A stretch of DNA of 48,555 nucleotides, from positions 1-48,555 of the forward strand of contig CAVFKU010000002.1 of the NCBI GenBank assembly GCA_963623245.1. The letters run 5' to 3'. Of this stretch, positions 38,235 to 47,177 are shown piece after piece. Numbering within the stretch: position 1 is the stretch's first letter; every line of letters starts with the position of its first letter. The DNA comes from Parabacteroides merdae. Lineage in GTDB: Bacteria > Actinomycetota > Actinomycetes > Actinomycetales > Bifidobacteriaceae. Both the position numbers and the translations under genes were made by a program. The notes beneath the pieces are model-generated. The model was not told where the DNA came from. It searched no databases and saw only the letters and a program-made list of their open reading frames with translations.

Positions 38235-39335
38235 TTATAGCGCGAACGAGGCGACAGCAGGCACCACTCCAATAAGAATGAACGCCGGCAGGAAGCAAAG
38301 CCCTGTGGGGCCAAGCAGCCGCACTGACAGGCGCGAAGCTGCTTGTTCGATAGCCGAACACTCGTCTTGGTCGAATCGTTGAGCCGCCAGTGTGAGCTGT
38401 TGCGTCGGTGAAGAACCGTGCCGCCAAGCACCCTCCAAGCAATTCGCAATAAGCATGGCCGAGTGGGAACATGCCGCCGCGTTTTCACTGCGAGTTGCAA
38501 CAATCCAAGCCTCACGCCACGTTGTGCCGTCAATAAGCGCTGATCCTGCTAATCGCAATGCCTGCGCCACATCGCCGTGCGAGCTCTGCCCAACCGCAAC
38601 CAGTGCTGTCGGAATTGACGAGCCTTGCAACAGTGCTGCGTGCAGCATTCGTAACGTCAACGGCACCATTGACGAGGTGTCCGCGCTGGTCTCGAACTCG
38701 TTGAGCATACGCTGCGTCCACAGCAGCCCGAAACCATACCAAATCAATCCAACCAGCAGACACAGCAGCCCTTGTGCGGAGCCGAACAGAAAGCGCAGCG
38801 GGCGTGAACCCATCAATTCGCCCAGAGCTACGGTCACTGCTGGCAGCGCACTGAGTAAACGTATGGTGGCTTTCGGCATGGCGAACGCCTCTTGCTTAAG
38901 ATTGTGCATCTTGCGTTCGCGTTGATATGCTTCAGCTGCTGCTTGCAAACAGCTTGAAATTTTGCAGCCCAATCGCTCGCTTAACGCGCAGGTCGCAGCG
39001 ATTTGACGCGCGGCGCGGGCGATATCTTCTTCGGATTCGTCATGTTTTGCACATCGGCGCAACACGCTCTGTGCGCGTGCTGCGGTGATGTGCGGCGTTG
39101 CAAACCGTATACCTCCTTGCTCTTCGAATGCCTCAACTACCGTGCCGCCACTTGATGTGCGCGCGATTACAGCGGCGATCACCGCGTCGATACCGATGTG
39201 GGGCGCCGGCACATTTTGTGTGGGCGGTGGCTTGTTCTTTAAGTCGGCAAAACGATGTGGGGCAAGGCTTAGCCGACTGCATGCGAAACACAGCGTTGCC
39301 GACGCGACGGCCAGCCCAATAGCTGCGAGATTCAT
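38235..39335 (-). CDS. Tad pilus inner-membrane protein, apparent TadB-TadC fusion (T2SS F family)
   Basis: TadB-like block (PKATIRLLSALP..LGELMG..PL.FL) followed in frame by a TadC-like block (LSVRLLGPTGLCFLPAFILIGVVP); SD AAAGGAG. Confidence 0.8.
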   Translation of the reverse strand: MNLAAIGLAVASATLCFACSRLSLAPHRFADLKNKPPPTQNVPAPHIGIDAVIAAVIARTSSGGTVVEAFEEQGGIRFATPHITAARAQSVLRRCAKHDESEEDIARAARQIAATCALSERLGCKISSCLQAAAEAYQRERKMHNLKQEAFAMPKATIRLLSALPAVTVALGELMGSRPLRFLFGSAQGLLCLLVGLIWYGFGLLWTQRMLNEFETSADTSSMVPLTLRMLHAALLQGSSIPTALVAVGQSSHGDVAQALRLAGSALIDGTTWREAWIVATRSENAAACSHSAMLIANCLEGAWRHGSSPTQQLTLAAQRFDQDECSAIEQAASRLSVRLLGPTGLCFLPAFILIGVVPAVASFAL

Positions 39336-39434
39336 AAGCCTCTCCTTTTAGTTATTGTTGTCATTTTTGCTGCTCTTGTTGTTGTCGTTACTGTCCTGTC
39401 GTCGTGTGACTGCCGCTGGTTGTCTTCCTTGCCG

Positions 39435-40436
39435 TTATTCCTGCCAATGCGCGGCAAATTGCGTCCACAGTGGCGAGTATGTGGGAGGCCCGTTGCCTTG
39501 CCAGCTGGCCAGCGTTTCGCCAGCAAGCCGCCCGCCCTGACTTGTCAAGCGACCGATCTGACTGATACGCCGGATGCCACCTACCCGCTCAAGATGCAGT
39601 ACTGCGTCGAAAGCGTTCTCGGCCAGCATGCTCAATCCTTCCGGCAAAAGACCGGCAAGCAAACCGAGCGTAATCAGACGTGACGGCACACGCTCAATGC
39701 TGTCCGCGTGCAGTGTGGTCATCCCGCCATGATGACCGGAATTGTAGGCGCGCAACAGGTCGGCAATCTCCTCGCCGCGGCACTCACCGAGAATCACCCG
39801 ATCAGGTCGCATGCGCAGCGTGGCCTTGACGAGTTCGCCAAGACCCACGGCTCCTGCTCCCTCAACATTTGCCTCACGGCAAATTAGCGAAACATGGTTA
39901 GCTAGCGACAGCACGCCCAGTTCGCGCACCTCTTCTACAGTGATGATGCGCTCGCCCGCGTTGGCATGGCTCAGTAATGCCTTGAGCAGCGTTGTCTTAC
40001 CTACGCCTGTGCCGCCGGTGATGAGCAGTGTGGCTTTGCGTGAGACGAGCCCATGCAATACGGGCAGCCATGCGGCAGGGAACAGACCGTGTTGGCACAG
40101 CCGTGTCAATGATGGCAACTCGCGGTTGGGGAAGCGAATCGATATGGCCGCGCCATTCGGCACTAGCGGCGCAATCACTGCATGCACACGCACGCCATCT
40201 TCATTGGCCGCGTCCGCAATCGGTTGTGCGTCGTCAAGCCTCACTCCTAGTTGCGCGCACAACCCCACCGCATATTCGCGCACCACCTGCGGGGATCGCA
40301 GCGGTATGTGCGGATGATATTCACACATGCCTTCGCCTTGATCGACCCACACGCGTCCATCGCAAGTCACCGCCACATCGCAGATTCGCGGGTCGTGCGC
40401 CAGTTCCTGCAATGGGCCAAGCATCAATGCGGACAT
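39435..40436 (-). CDS. cpaF: Tad pilus assembly ATPase (CpaF/TadA family)
   Basis: GGTGVGKTT, EEVREL, LRMRPDRVILGECRG, GH.GGMTTLHA. Start placed at ATG 40436 behind GGAGAGG. Confidence 0.93.
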   Translation of the reverse strand: MSALMLGPLQELAHDPRICDVAVTCDGRVWVDQGEGMCEYHPHIPLRSPQVVREYAVGLCAQLGVRLDDAQPIADAANEDGVRVHAVIAPLVPNGAAISIRFPNRELPSLTRLCQHGLFPAAWLPVLHGLVSRKATLLITGGTGVGKTTLLKALLSHANAGERIITVEEVRELGVLSLANHVSLICREANVEGAGAVGLGELVKATLRMRPDRVILGECRGEEIADLLRAYNSGHHGGMTTLHADSIERVPSRLITLGLLAGLLPEGLSMLAENAFDAVLHLERVGGIRRISQIGRLTSQGGRLAGETLASWQGNGPPTYSPLWTQFAAHWQE

Positions 40437-40437
40437 G

Positions 40438-41538
40438 TTATGTCCTCTCCCATGCAAACGAACTGCTTGCAGCTGTGAGCGATCTCTCGGCTGACTTCTC
40501 GCCCAACTGCTCACTTGAGTGTTTGGCTGACTGTTGAGTTGAGTGCTCGACCAGCTGTTCGGCTAGTGCGCCCACCACCCGCCGATTGCGTCGGGGAACT
40601 TCACGAATGCCCAGCCCTTCCAAAATGTCGGAGCAGAGTGTTGGCGTGTGACGCACTGGCCCTAATATGTCTGCGCCGAGATAGGCGATGGCTTCGGCGG
40701 TTGCAACGGTTGTCGCCGCGCTGCGACGTGGCGCTCCGCGCGGTTCCATGGCCACGATGATCGGGGATTGCGGCACGCTTGTTGAACCGGCGAACGATTC
40801 ACGAATGCGCCTCAATGCCGTCAGATGTGCCTTGGCTCGCGCTAGACCCAGCACCGACAATTCAACGGCCACCACCTGCTGTACCAATGCCAACTCGGGG
40901 ATGTTCTGCAAGGCCTGTGCACGCCCGACATCAGCCAGAACCAGTTGATTGGCTTCGCACATGGCCTGTGTTGCCGCTTGCATCTGCCAACGGTCTGGGT
41001 TGTCGCCGCGCCATGGTGTGTGTGCGAGCACCGGCATGTGCTCCCAATGTGGCAGTTCGAGGTTTAATGCCTCTCCTTCGATATGCCCCAGTGGCGTGTC
41101 GAGATCCTGCAAGCTCAGACCTGGCTCATGTTCGACGCCCAGCAGCACCGCAAGCCCGCCGCCGGTCAAATCGGCGTCCAGTAGCGCACATTGCACGTGC
41201 TTTTGATACAGGGTCAAGGCGGTCAGTGCTAGCAATGTACTTAGACCAACTCCGCCGCTCGGTGAGCTGAAAACGATCAGGTTGTTGAGCTGCAGCGTGT
41301 TAGCGTGCGTTTGCCTGCGGTCTTGCATTTGCGGTTGCAGTGCGTCGCCTGCGTTTCCATGCGATTGCACGAAAACATGCGGCCTCGGTGTGGAATCGGT
41401 GCGCCGCACAATGGCAGTGGACGCACCTGGCATCGGGACGCTGGAGGCAAACTGAGCCGAGCTGGCGCTACTTGCCGCTCTGGGCAGGGGCACGTTGATG
41501 GTTGCTGTGTTCATGTTCACGATTGAATCGTGATTCAT
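40438..41538 (-). CDS. TadZ/Ssd (septum site-determining, MinD-like) protein
   Basis: Deviant Walker A SPSGGVGLSTL, LLDADLTGGGL..LLG.E; first gene of the ssd-cpaF-tadBC unit; start uncertain. Confidence 0.85.
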   Translation of the reverse strand: MNHDSIVNMNTATINVPLPRAASSASSAQFASSVPMPGASTAIVRRTDSTPRPHVFVQSHGNAGDALQPQMQDRRQTHANTLQLNNLIVFSSPSGGVGLSTLLALTALTLYQKHVQCALLDADLTGGGLAVLLGVEHEPGLSLQDLDTPLGHIEGEALNLELPHWEHMPVLAHTPWRGDNPDRWQMQAATQAMCEANQLVLADVGRAQALQNIPELALVQQVVAVELSVLGLARAKAHLTALRRIRESFAGSTSVPQSPIIVAMEPRGAPRRSAATTVATAEAIAYLGADILGPVRHTPTLCSDILEGLGIREVPRRNRRVVGALAEQLVEHSTQQSAKHSSEQLGEKSAERSLTAASSSFAWERT

Positions 41539-41583
41539 TGCGCTTCTTCAAGCTAAACAGAGGTATGTGGTCGAAGCCCCCAG

Positions 41584-41623
41584 TTATCTACATCTCGGTG
41601 TGTCGGCCACAGTGTTATCAACA
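41584..41623. promoter_or_regulatory. Two DnaA-box-like 9-mers upstream of ssd
   Basis: TTATCTACA (41584) and TTATCAACA (41615), each one mismatch from TTATCCACA. Confidence 0.4.
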
Positions 41624-41715
41624 GTTCGGATGCCACCAAATAACACGCTCACTCAGACACACATTTTGGCCTATAGCCCTATAACCCTATAACCTGCGGA
41701 GTATATGCAAGCTGC

Positions 41716-41880
41716 AAAAAAGGAGCCCGCCGAAGCGGGCTCCTCATCCAAGTCCAACATAAGCAGAATCTCTGCACAACATCATCGTTGCAACGGTAAG
41801 TCTTTCCAATGCCCGTCCAACGTACCAGTCCTCGTGACCATTACTCTTTGTGGGCTCTGCTCTGTTCTGTTGTCCTTGTA
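41716..41880 (-). ncRNA. ~165-nt rod-like non-coding RNA (Ms1/6S-like candidate)
   Basis: Own promoter; 5' and 3' arms pair (CAAG/CTTG, CAACA/TGTTG, AGCAGA/TCTGCT, CACAA/TTGTG, GTAATGGT/ACCGTTGC); ends in AGGAGCCCGC-TTCG-GCGGGCTCC-TTTTTT; adjacent to ssd. Confidence 0.75.
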
Positions 41881-41886
41881 CCTCAC

Positions 41887-41915
41887 AATCTAGGCGCGTT
41901 AGAAGGCGTTTGCAA
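41887..41915 (-). promoter_or_regulatory. sigma-A-like promoter of the ncRNA
   Basis: TTGCAA-N17-TAGATT on the minus strand. Confidence 0.7.
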
Positions 41916-42070
41916 CCCGAAAAAGCGGTTTGTTCGATTTTTTGTGCAAATGGTCATATGCACACTCGCGTTCGACATTATTGGGTGGTTATGTGCGATT
42001 CAACCCAAGACAGTGTTGCGTTGTGTGCGATTAGCGGGATATGACGGCGTGTCGCAGGGCTCGCGCTGCC

Positions 42071-42151
42071 TGTGGATTGAGGAATGAACTATCCACACGA
42101 ATGGTGGACGACGTTCCCGAGGTGTGGATAACTAGGGGGGCTCTGTCCACA
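42071..42151. promoter_or_regulatory. Cluster of DnaA-box-like 9-mers upstream of the pilin gene
   Basis: TGTGGATAA (42123, perfect on the minus strand), CTATCCACA (42089), CTGTCCACA (42143), TGTGGATTG (42071). Confidence 0.5.
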
Positions 42152-42243
42152 TTGCTCGTACAGCTTGCGGTTGTGCGCCCGAGTCACTCACAGTGAGACA
42201 ACCGGCCATCTGGCTGGCGAAACAATAGTGGAAAGGAATAATC

Positions 42244-42534
42244 ATGAGTACAGTCACTCCAATCAACGATGATGGGACAACAGGCATACTTGCCCGCATA
42301 AGGGCGCGTGCTGGACGCATGTGTGAGCAAGCCAGCGGCAAGCTGTGCGTGCTTGATGCCAGAATGAGAACTCTTGCTGCCGAGTCCGACGAAGGCGCTG
42401 CTACAGCTGAATATGCAGTCGTTTTGGTTGCTGCCACAGGCTTCGCTGCGCTGCTTGTTGCCATCATGAAATCTGAAACTGTGCGCAAATTGCTGCTTGA
42501 CATCGTCAAACAGGCGTTGAGTATAGGCGGTTAG
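42244..42534 (+). CDS. flp: Flp-type pilin (DUF4244)
   Basis: DEG|AATAEYAVVLVAATGFAALL prepilin motif; SD GAAAGGA. Confidence 0.88.
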   Translation: MSTVTPINDDGTTGILARIRARAGRMCEQASGKLCVLDARMRTLAAESDEGAATAEYAVVLVAATGFAALLVAIMKSETVRKLLLDIVKQALSIGG

Positions 42535-42535
42535 G

Positions 42536-43021
42536 ATGCGTCGTAAGACAATGACGCGTCGTGTTCGCAAGCTATCGCCGTCGTGTAGCAGCGGGCGGCT
42601 TGCAGATGCACCTAGCGTAGCGGCGAGATTGGCTTCAAAGCTATCGCGTTGCGGGCGACGAATTCTGCAAATCGTTCGAGGAATCTTCTCGTGTGACGTG
42701 GGCGCTGTCACTGCCGAATTTGCCACAGTATTGCCCGCCGTGGTGGCTGTGGCAGTGCTGCTGCTCTGCTTGACACGCACAGTGGCCGTATCAATCAGCT
42801 GTCAAGATGCTGCCTCCGCCGCCGCACGGGTGGTTGTGGCCGGTAGCGGGAATGTTGACCCTAGTGATGCCGCACGAGCCGTGGCAGGCAAGTCGATTAC
42901 GGTGAACGTGAGCGACGAGGCAGGGCGGGTCACTGTTGTTACCAGTTGTCCAGTAATTCCTGATCCGCTTGGCGTACTTCCCACAAAAGTAGAAGGCAAG
43001 GCCGTAGGGGTGGTGTCATGA
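42536..43021 (+). CDS. tadE: TadE-like pseudopilin
   Basis: G|AVTAEFATVLPAVV hydrophobic motif followed by CQDAASAAAR; start uncertain. Confidence 0.85.
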   Translation: MRRKTMTRRVRKLSPSCSSGRLADAPSVAARLASKLSRCGRRILQIVRGIFSCDVGAVTAEFATVLPAVVAVAVLLLCLTRTVAVSISCQDAASAAARVVVAGSGNVDPSDAARAVAGKSITVNVSDEAGRVTVVTSCPVIPDPLGVLPTKVEGKAVGVVS

Positions 43022-43407
43022 TCGGCCGAATACGGCGCGGCTTCGCGGCCGTCATGGCCGAGGACGAAGGCTCGGGCACGATGGCGGGCGTGGCGTTGAT
43101 CATGCTCGTCGCCGTGCTCATTACCGCGTCTGCTACCGCAGGCCATCTTGTCATTTGCCATGCGCAAACCAGATCTGCAGCCGACCTTGCTGCTTTTTCT
43201 GCTGCAACAGCATGGTGGAATGACTTAGAAAATCCTTGTGTTACGGCCAATACAGTGGCTCAGGCGAATGGGGTGACGCTGGTTGAGTGTCAGGCGGATG
43301 AGCCGGATGAGGGTGACGTGACAGTGCGTCTTGTTATGGGCACCCAAGTACCGCTCGTGCCGCAAATCGCGGTTTCGGCTCGTGCTGGCCCTGTGGAATG
43401 TGAGTGA
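43018..43407 (+). CDS. Rv3654c-family TadE/TadF-like pseudopilin
   Basis: EGSGT followed by TM, SAADLAA.SAA, paired Cys, C-terminal ARAGP. Confidence 0.85.
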   Translation: MIGRIRRGFAAVMAEDEGSGTMAGVALIMLVAVLITASATAGHLVICHAQTRSAADLAAFSAATAWWNDLENPCVTANTVAQANGVTLVECQADEPDEGDVTVRLVMGTQVPLVPQIAVSARAGPVECE

Positions 43408-43438
43408 CTGAAGGAGGTGTTGCGCGTATGCTTATCGT

Positions 43439-44527
43439 GTGAGCATGAGCGAATTAGAAAAGCGTCCTGCTGTTGCAATGATTGGCAACCCCGTATCGAA
43501 TAACGGTAAGGGGCGCAAAATCCGCGGACAAGTGTTCGACTTGCTTGTCGAAGGCGGCAAGGTTCACGGTTTCGATGTCATTGATTTGACGGGCAGCAGT
43601 TTCGACGACTCGCTCGCCAAAGCGCGCGAAGCTGCATCATCCTACGACTATCTTGTGGTGGTTGGTGGTGACGGCATGATGATGCTGGGCGCCAACGCGG
43701 TACGATCCAGCGGCAAGCCGCTTGGCATCGTCGCGGTCGGCTCCGGCAATGATTTCGCCCGTGGCCTCAAACTGCCGATTAATAGAGTACGAACTGCAGT
43801 TGAGGGCATTATCGGTGCCATCGTGCGCGGCTCGCATATCAATGTTGACATGGGTTGTGTGACATGGCCAAGCGATGGCGGGCGTGACCGGATGTATTCC
43901 GGCATGCTGTCATGCGGCCTTGATGCGAGCATCAACGACCGAGCCAACCACTCGCGCCTTCCGGGTGGTTCATTGCGTTATTTTGTGGCAGTTCTGATCG
44001 AGTTGGCGCGCATCAAACGCTATGGGTATCACGTTAAGCTCACCAGAGCAGACGGCACCATTGAAGAGCAGGACATGACAACTCCTCTACTTACGGTGGC
44101 AAATTCTCGCCATATTGGCGGAGGCATTGAGGTCTGCCCTTATTCATGCCTTGATGACGGCTTGCTTGATGTGGTGTGGATGGATCATATGCCAGACTTC
44201 CGTGAAGTCGTCAAAGCATTACGGCATGCCTATGATGGGCGATTGCTGTCCACGGATCTGTTTGGATGGGAGCGTGTGCGTGACATCGAAATTACGCGGG
44301 CGCAGGACGGCGATGAGCCGCCGGTGTTAATGGCTGACGGTGAGTATGTTGGCCAGTTGCCGGTGAAGGTTCAAGCATGCACTCGTGCGGTGCGCATGCT
44401 GGTACCTCCGGCGGTGGTTGATTGGTATCGCAGTGAACGCAACGAAAGCCGTTTACTTGCCGCTATCGAACGCGACGGGCGCGACCCGCTCACCGGTCAG
44501 CTCGCAGCTTCGCGGCAGTGCGGCTAA
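43439..44527 (+). CDS. Diacylglycerol/lipid kinase family protein
   Basis: NPVS, GGDG, GSGNDFARGL, DDGLLDV, ADGE motifs. Confidence 0.9.
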   Translation: MSMSELEKRPAVAMIGNPVSNNGKGRKIRGQVFDLLVEGGKVHGFDVIDLTGSSFDDSLAKAREAASSYDYLVVVGGDGMMMLGANAVRSSGKPLGIVAVGSGNDFARGLKLPINRVRTAVEGIIGAIVRGSHINVDMGCVTWPSDGGRDRMYSGMLSCGLDASINDRANHSRLPGGSLRYFVAVLIELARIKRYGYHVKLTRADGTIEEQDMTTPLLTVANSRHIGGGIEVCPYSCLDDGLLDVVWMDHMPDFREVVKALRHAYDGRLLSTDLFGWERVRDIEITRAQDGDEPPVLMADGEYVGQLPVKVQACTRAVRMLVPPAVVDWYRSERNESRLLAAIERDGRDPLTGQLAASRQCG

Positions 44528-44654
44528 ATTAGCGCGTTGGTGCTTGATATGCGTGGTTTCAATGCTTGCGCCTGCTGGTGAATGTGTGTTGATATGTGTG
44601 CCGGTTGAGCTAGGTTTAGATACATCAAGAATATGTGCCGGAAGGTGAGTTGAG

Positions 44655-47174
44655 ATGGCTTTAGCTCTGTATCGTCGGTATCGCCCCGATACGTTTGATG
44701 GCGTTGTTGGGCAGGATCAGGTTGTCGTCCCGCTCATGCGCGCGTTGGATGAGGGTAAGCTCACTCACGCCTATCTGTTCTCCGGCCCGCGCGGCTGTGG
44801 CAAAACCAGCTCCGCGCGCATTCTTGCCCGTTGCGTCAACTGCGCGAAAGGGCCAACCGCGCACCCGTGCGGTGAATGCGAATCATGCAAGGATTTGGCC
44901 ACCGGCGGTGCCGGTTCCATTGATGTAGTCGAAATCGATGCGGCTTCGCACAACGGCGTGGACGATGCGCGCGAACTGCGCGAACGCGCTGGCTTCGCTC
45001 CCGCCCGCGACCGATATAAGATTTTCATTCTCGACGAGGCGCACATGGTCACCCCGCAGGGATTCAACGCCCTGCTCAAAATCGTCGAGGAACCGCCCGA
45101 GCATGTGATGTTCATCTTCGCCACCACCGAGCCAGACAAGGTGATTGGCACGATTCGCTCGCGTACCCATCACTATCCGTTCCGCTTGGTGCCGCAGGAA
45201 GTAATGGAGCCATATCTTGAGCAGCTTTGTCAGAAGGAAGACATTAAGCCCGAGTCGGGTGTGTTGAAACTTGCGATGCGTGCCGGTGGCGGTTCGATGC
45301 GAGACACGCTTTCGGTGCTCGATCAGCTGATGGTCGGGTCTGTGGACGGTGTGATTACGCATGACGCTTCGGTGGCGTTACTTGGTTTTACGCCGGAGGC
45401 TCTGATCGGCGAGGCCATCGACGCGGTGATCGACTGCAACGGCGAGGCACTGTATGGCGTGGTGCAAAAGGTAGTGGTCGGCGGGTTCGATCCGCGCCGC
45501 TTTGTGGAGGATCTGCTTGCGCGCGTGCGCGACCTGCTAGTGCTTACCTTGGCTGGCGAACGTGCAGGAAACGTACTATCTGATTCCGCAGAAGGCGAGA
45601 ATTTAGCCGATCTGCAACGTCAAGCTTCTGCGTTGGGCTTGGGGGTGTTGACAGCAATGGCCGACACAATCAATACCACGCTTGGTTCGATGACTGGTGC
45701 GATTTCGCCGCGCACGCGCTTAGAACTGTTGGCCGCGCGTCTGCTCGCAGGGCGCGAGCAGTGGGCTTCAGTGATGGATGGCGGCGCAAGCAGTGTGACG
45801 AATGTTCAGAACGGGCCTGTGGCCGTCGTTGAGCAGCGGTCGGCTGCCCAAAGTGGCGGCTTCGTTGGGGCATCGCGCAACCAAGCCCCGCAACAAGGCG
45901 CAGGTTTCGCTGGTGCCGCACGCAACCAAACGAATAATGCCGCGCCTAGTGAAGTGACGCAACAACAGCCAGATGCACAGACAGAGCAAAGTGATGTCGT
46001 CAGCGAACCCAACAAACCAGCCGCTTCAACGGCTGGAACACCAGCTATTGAAGACGAGCGCACCCCAGACCAGAAATGGGATGCTTTGGTTGGTGCACTT
46101 CCCGAGGACGTGCGTCGCTATGTGTCGCGGGACAAGGTGCTGCGCATCAAATACGCTCCCGCCAATAAGCCTGGCAAAATGCGGCTGTGGCTTAAGTTCG
46201 ACACGGCGCTGAGTAAATACGCTTTCGCTCTGGCCGTGGCCGGGCAAGAAGTGGATGGCAGCAACAAAGTGGTTGATATTTTACGTGCCGAAGTGCGCAA
46301 AATGTTTGGCGATCACACGGATATTGCCCCCACCAAAGCCACTGGTGACGGCGAGAATGCACCTGCATTCAAGGACTTGCCACCCAACGAGCAACAGCGC
46401 ATCAAGGCACAGTTGTTGCAGGAGAACCTGCAGGCTGTGAGTGCGGTGAAGTCAGGCGGTGAAGCAGCTGGCGACAATGGTGCACGAGAGCAATCGGCTG
46501 CTGCCAGCGCGCATAAAGATGGGGGTTCGCCAGATGATGAGGAGAGCCACCGAGCTGGCGATGACGGCACGCTAGAAAATAAGCCCGCTGGCGAGAGCGC
46601 TGCAAGCGAGCATGGTACTGAAGACGATGATGACCCATGGGCTGTCCAGCCACAGCAAACTGCTGTTCAACAGGAACAGCCCAGCGACCCGCAGCCGGAG
46701 GAACATCACAAAGAACAGCACAAGAAACATGTGGCGGTTCCCGATATGAGCGACGATAGTGACCCTTGGGCTGTTCCGACCGCAGCTTCAACGCAGTCGC
46801 TGCAGTCGGATGCGCAAAATGAACCGGCTGAATCGGTAGTCACTAACCGTGATTCCCAAATACACGATGGCGGCGACCCATGGCAGCAGCCGGTCAGCTC
46901 GCCCGCCCCCGCCTCTGAGCCGGTGCCGCCTAGTGAAGCGCAACCTACGCCTGACCCGTGGAACATGCCGGCCGAACCCAGCCAACCCACGCCCGAGGTT
47001 CCCGCAGATGAAGACGAATACTCGATGAATGACGAATCGCTGGGCAGTGCCACAGCAATGAGCATTGATGACGTCAAGAAGCTGTTCGAGGTCAAGAATG
47101 TCGAGCATGTGCAAGCTGACGACCCGAAAAACCCGCGCAACATGCGCTCGGCGGCTAAGCATACGGAGGAATAG
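44655..47174 (+). CDS. dnaX: DNA polymerase III subunits gamma/tau
   Basis: LYRRYRP..F, GPRGCGKTS, four-Cys zinc motif, EIDAAS, DEAHM, TIRSR; long low-complexity C-terminus. Confidence 0.96.
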   Translation: MALALYRRYRPDTFDGVVGQDQVVVPLMRALDEGKLTHAYLFSGPRGCGKTSSARILARCVNCAKGPTAHPCGECESCKDLATGGAGSIDVVEIDAASHNGVDDARELRERAGFAPARDRYKIFILDEAHMVTPQGFNALLKIVEEPPEHVMFIFATTEPDKVIGTIRSRTHHYPFRLVPQEVMEPYLEQLCQKEDIKPESGVLKLAMRAGGGSMRDTLSVLDQLMVGSVDGVITHDASVALLGFTPEALIGEAIDAVIDCNGEALYGVVQKVVVGGFDPRRFVEDLLARVRDLLVLTLAGERAGNVLSDSAEGENLADLQRQASALGLGVLTAMADTINTTLGSMTGAISPRTRLELLAARLLAGREQWASVMDGGASSVTNVQNGPVAVVEQRSAAQSGGFVGASRNQAPQQGAGFAGAARNQTNNAAPSEVTQQQPDAQTEQSDVVSEPNKPAASTAGTPAIEDERTPDQKWDALVGALPEDVRRYVSRDKVLRIKYAPANKPGKMRLWLKFDTALSKYAFALAVAGQEVDGSNKVVDILRAEVRKMFGDHTDIAPTKATGDGENAPAFKDLPPNEQQRIKAQLLQENLQAVSAVKSGGEAAGDNGAREQSAAASAHKDGGSPDDEESHRAGDDGTLENKPAGESAASEHGTEDDDDPWAVQPQQTAVQQEQPSDPQPEEHHKEQHKKHVAVPDMSDDSDPWAVPTAASTQSLQSDAQNEPAESVVTNRDSQIHDGGDPWQQPVSSPAPASEPVPPSEAQPTPDPWNMPAEPSQPTPEVPADEDEYSMNDESLGSATAMSIDDVKKLFEVKNVEHVQADDPKNPRNMRSAAKHTEE

Positions 47175-47177
47175 CGC

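Noticed and set aside
39336..39434. ACAAC/GACAG-rich spacer between cpaF and tadBC
   Set aside because: Low-complexity sequence with no consistent period or fold.
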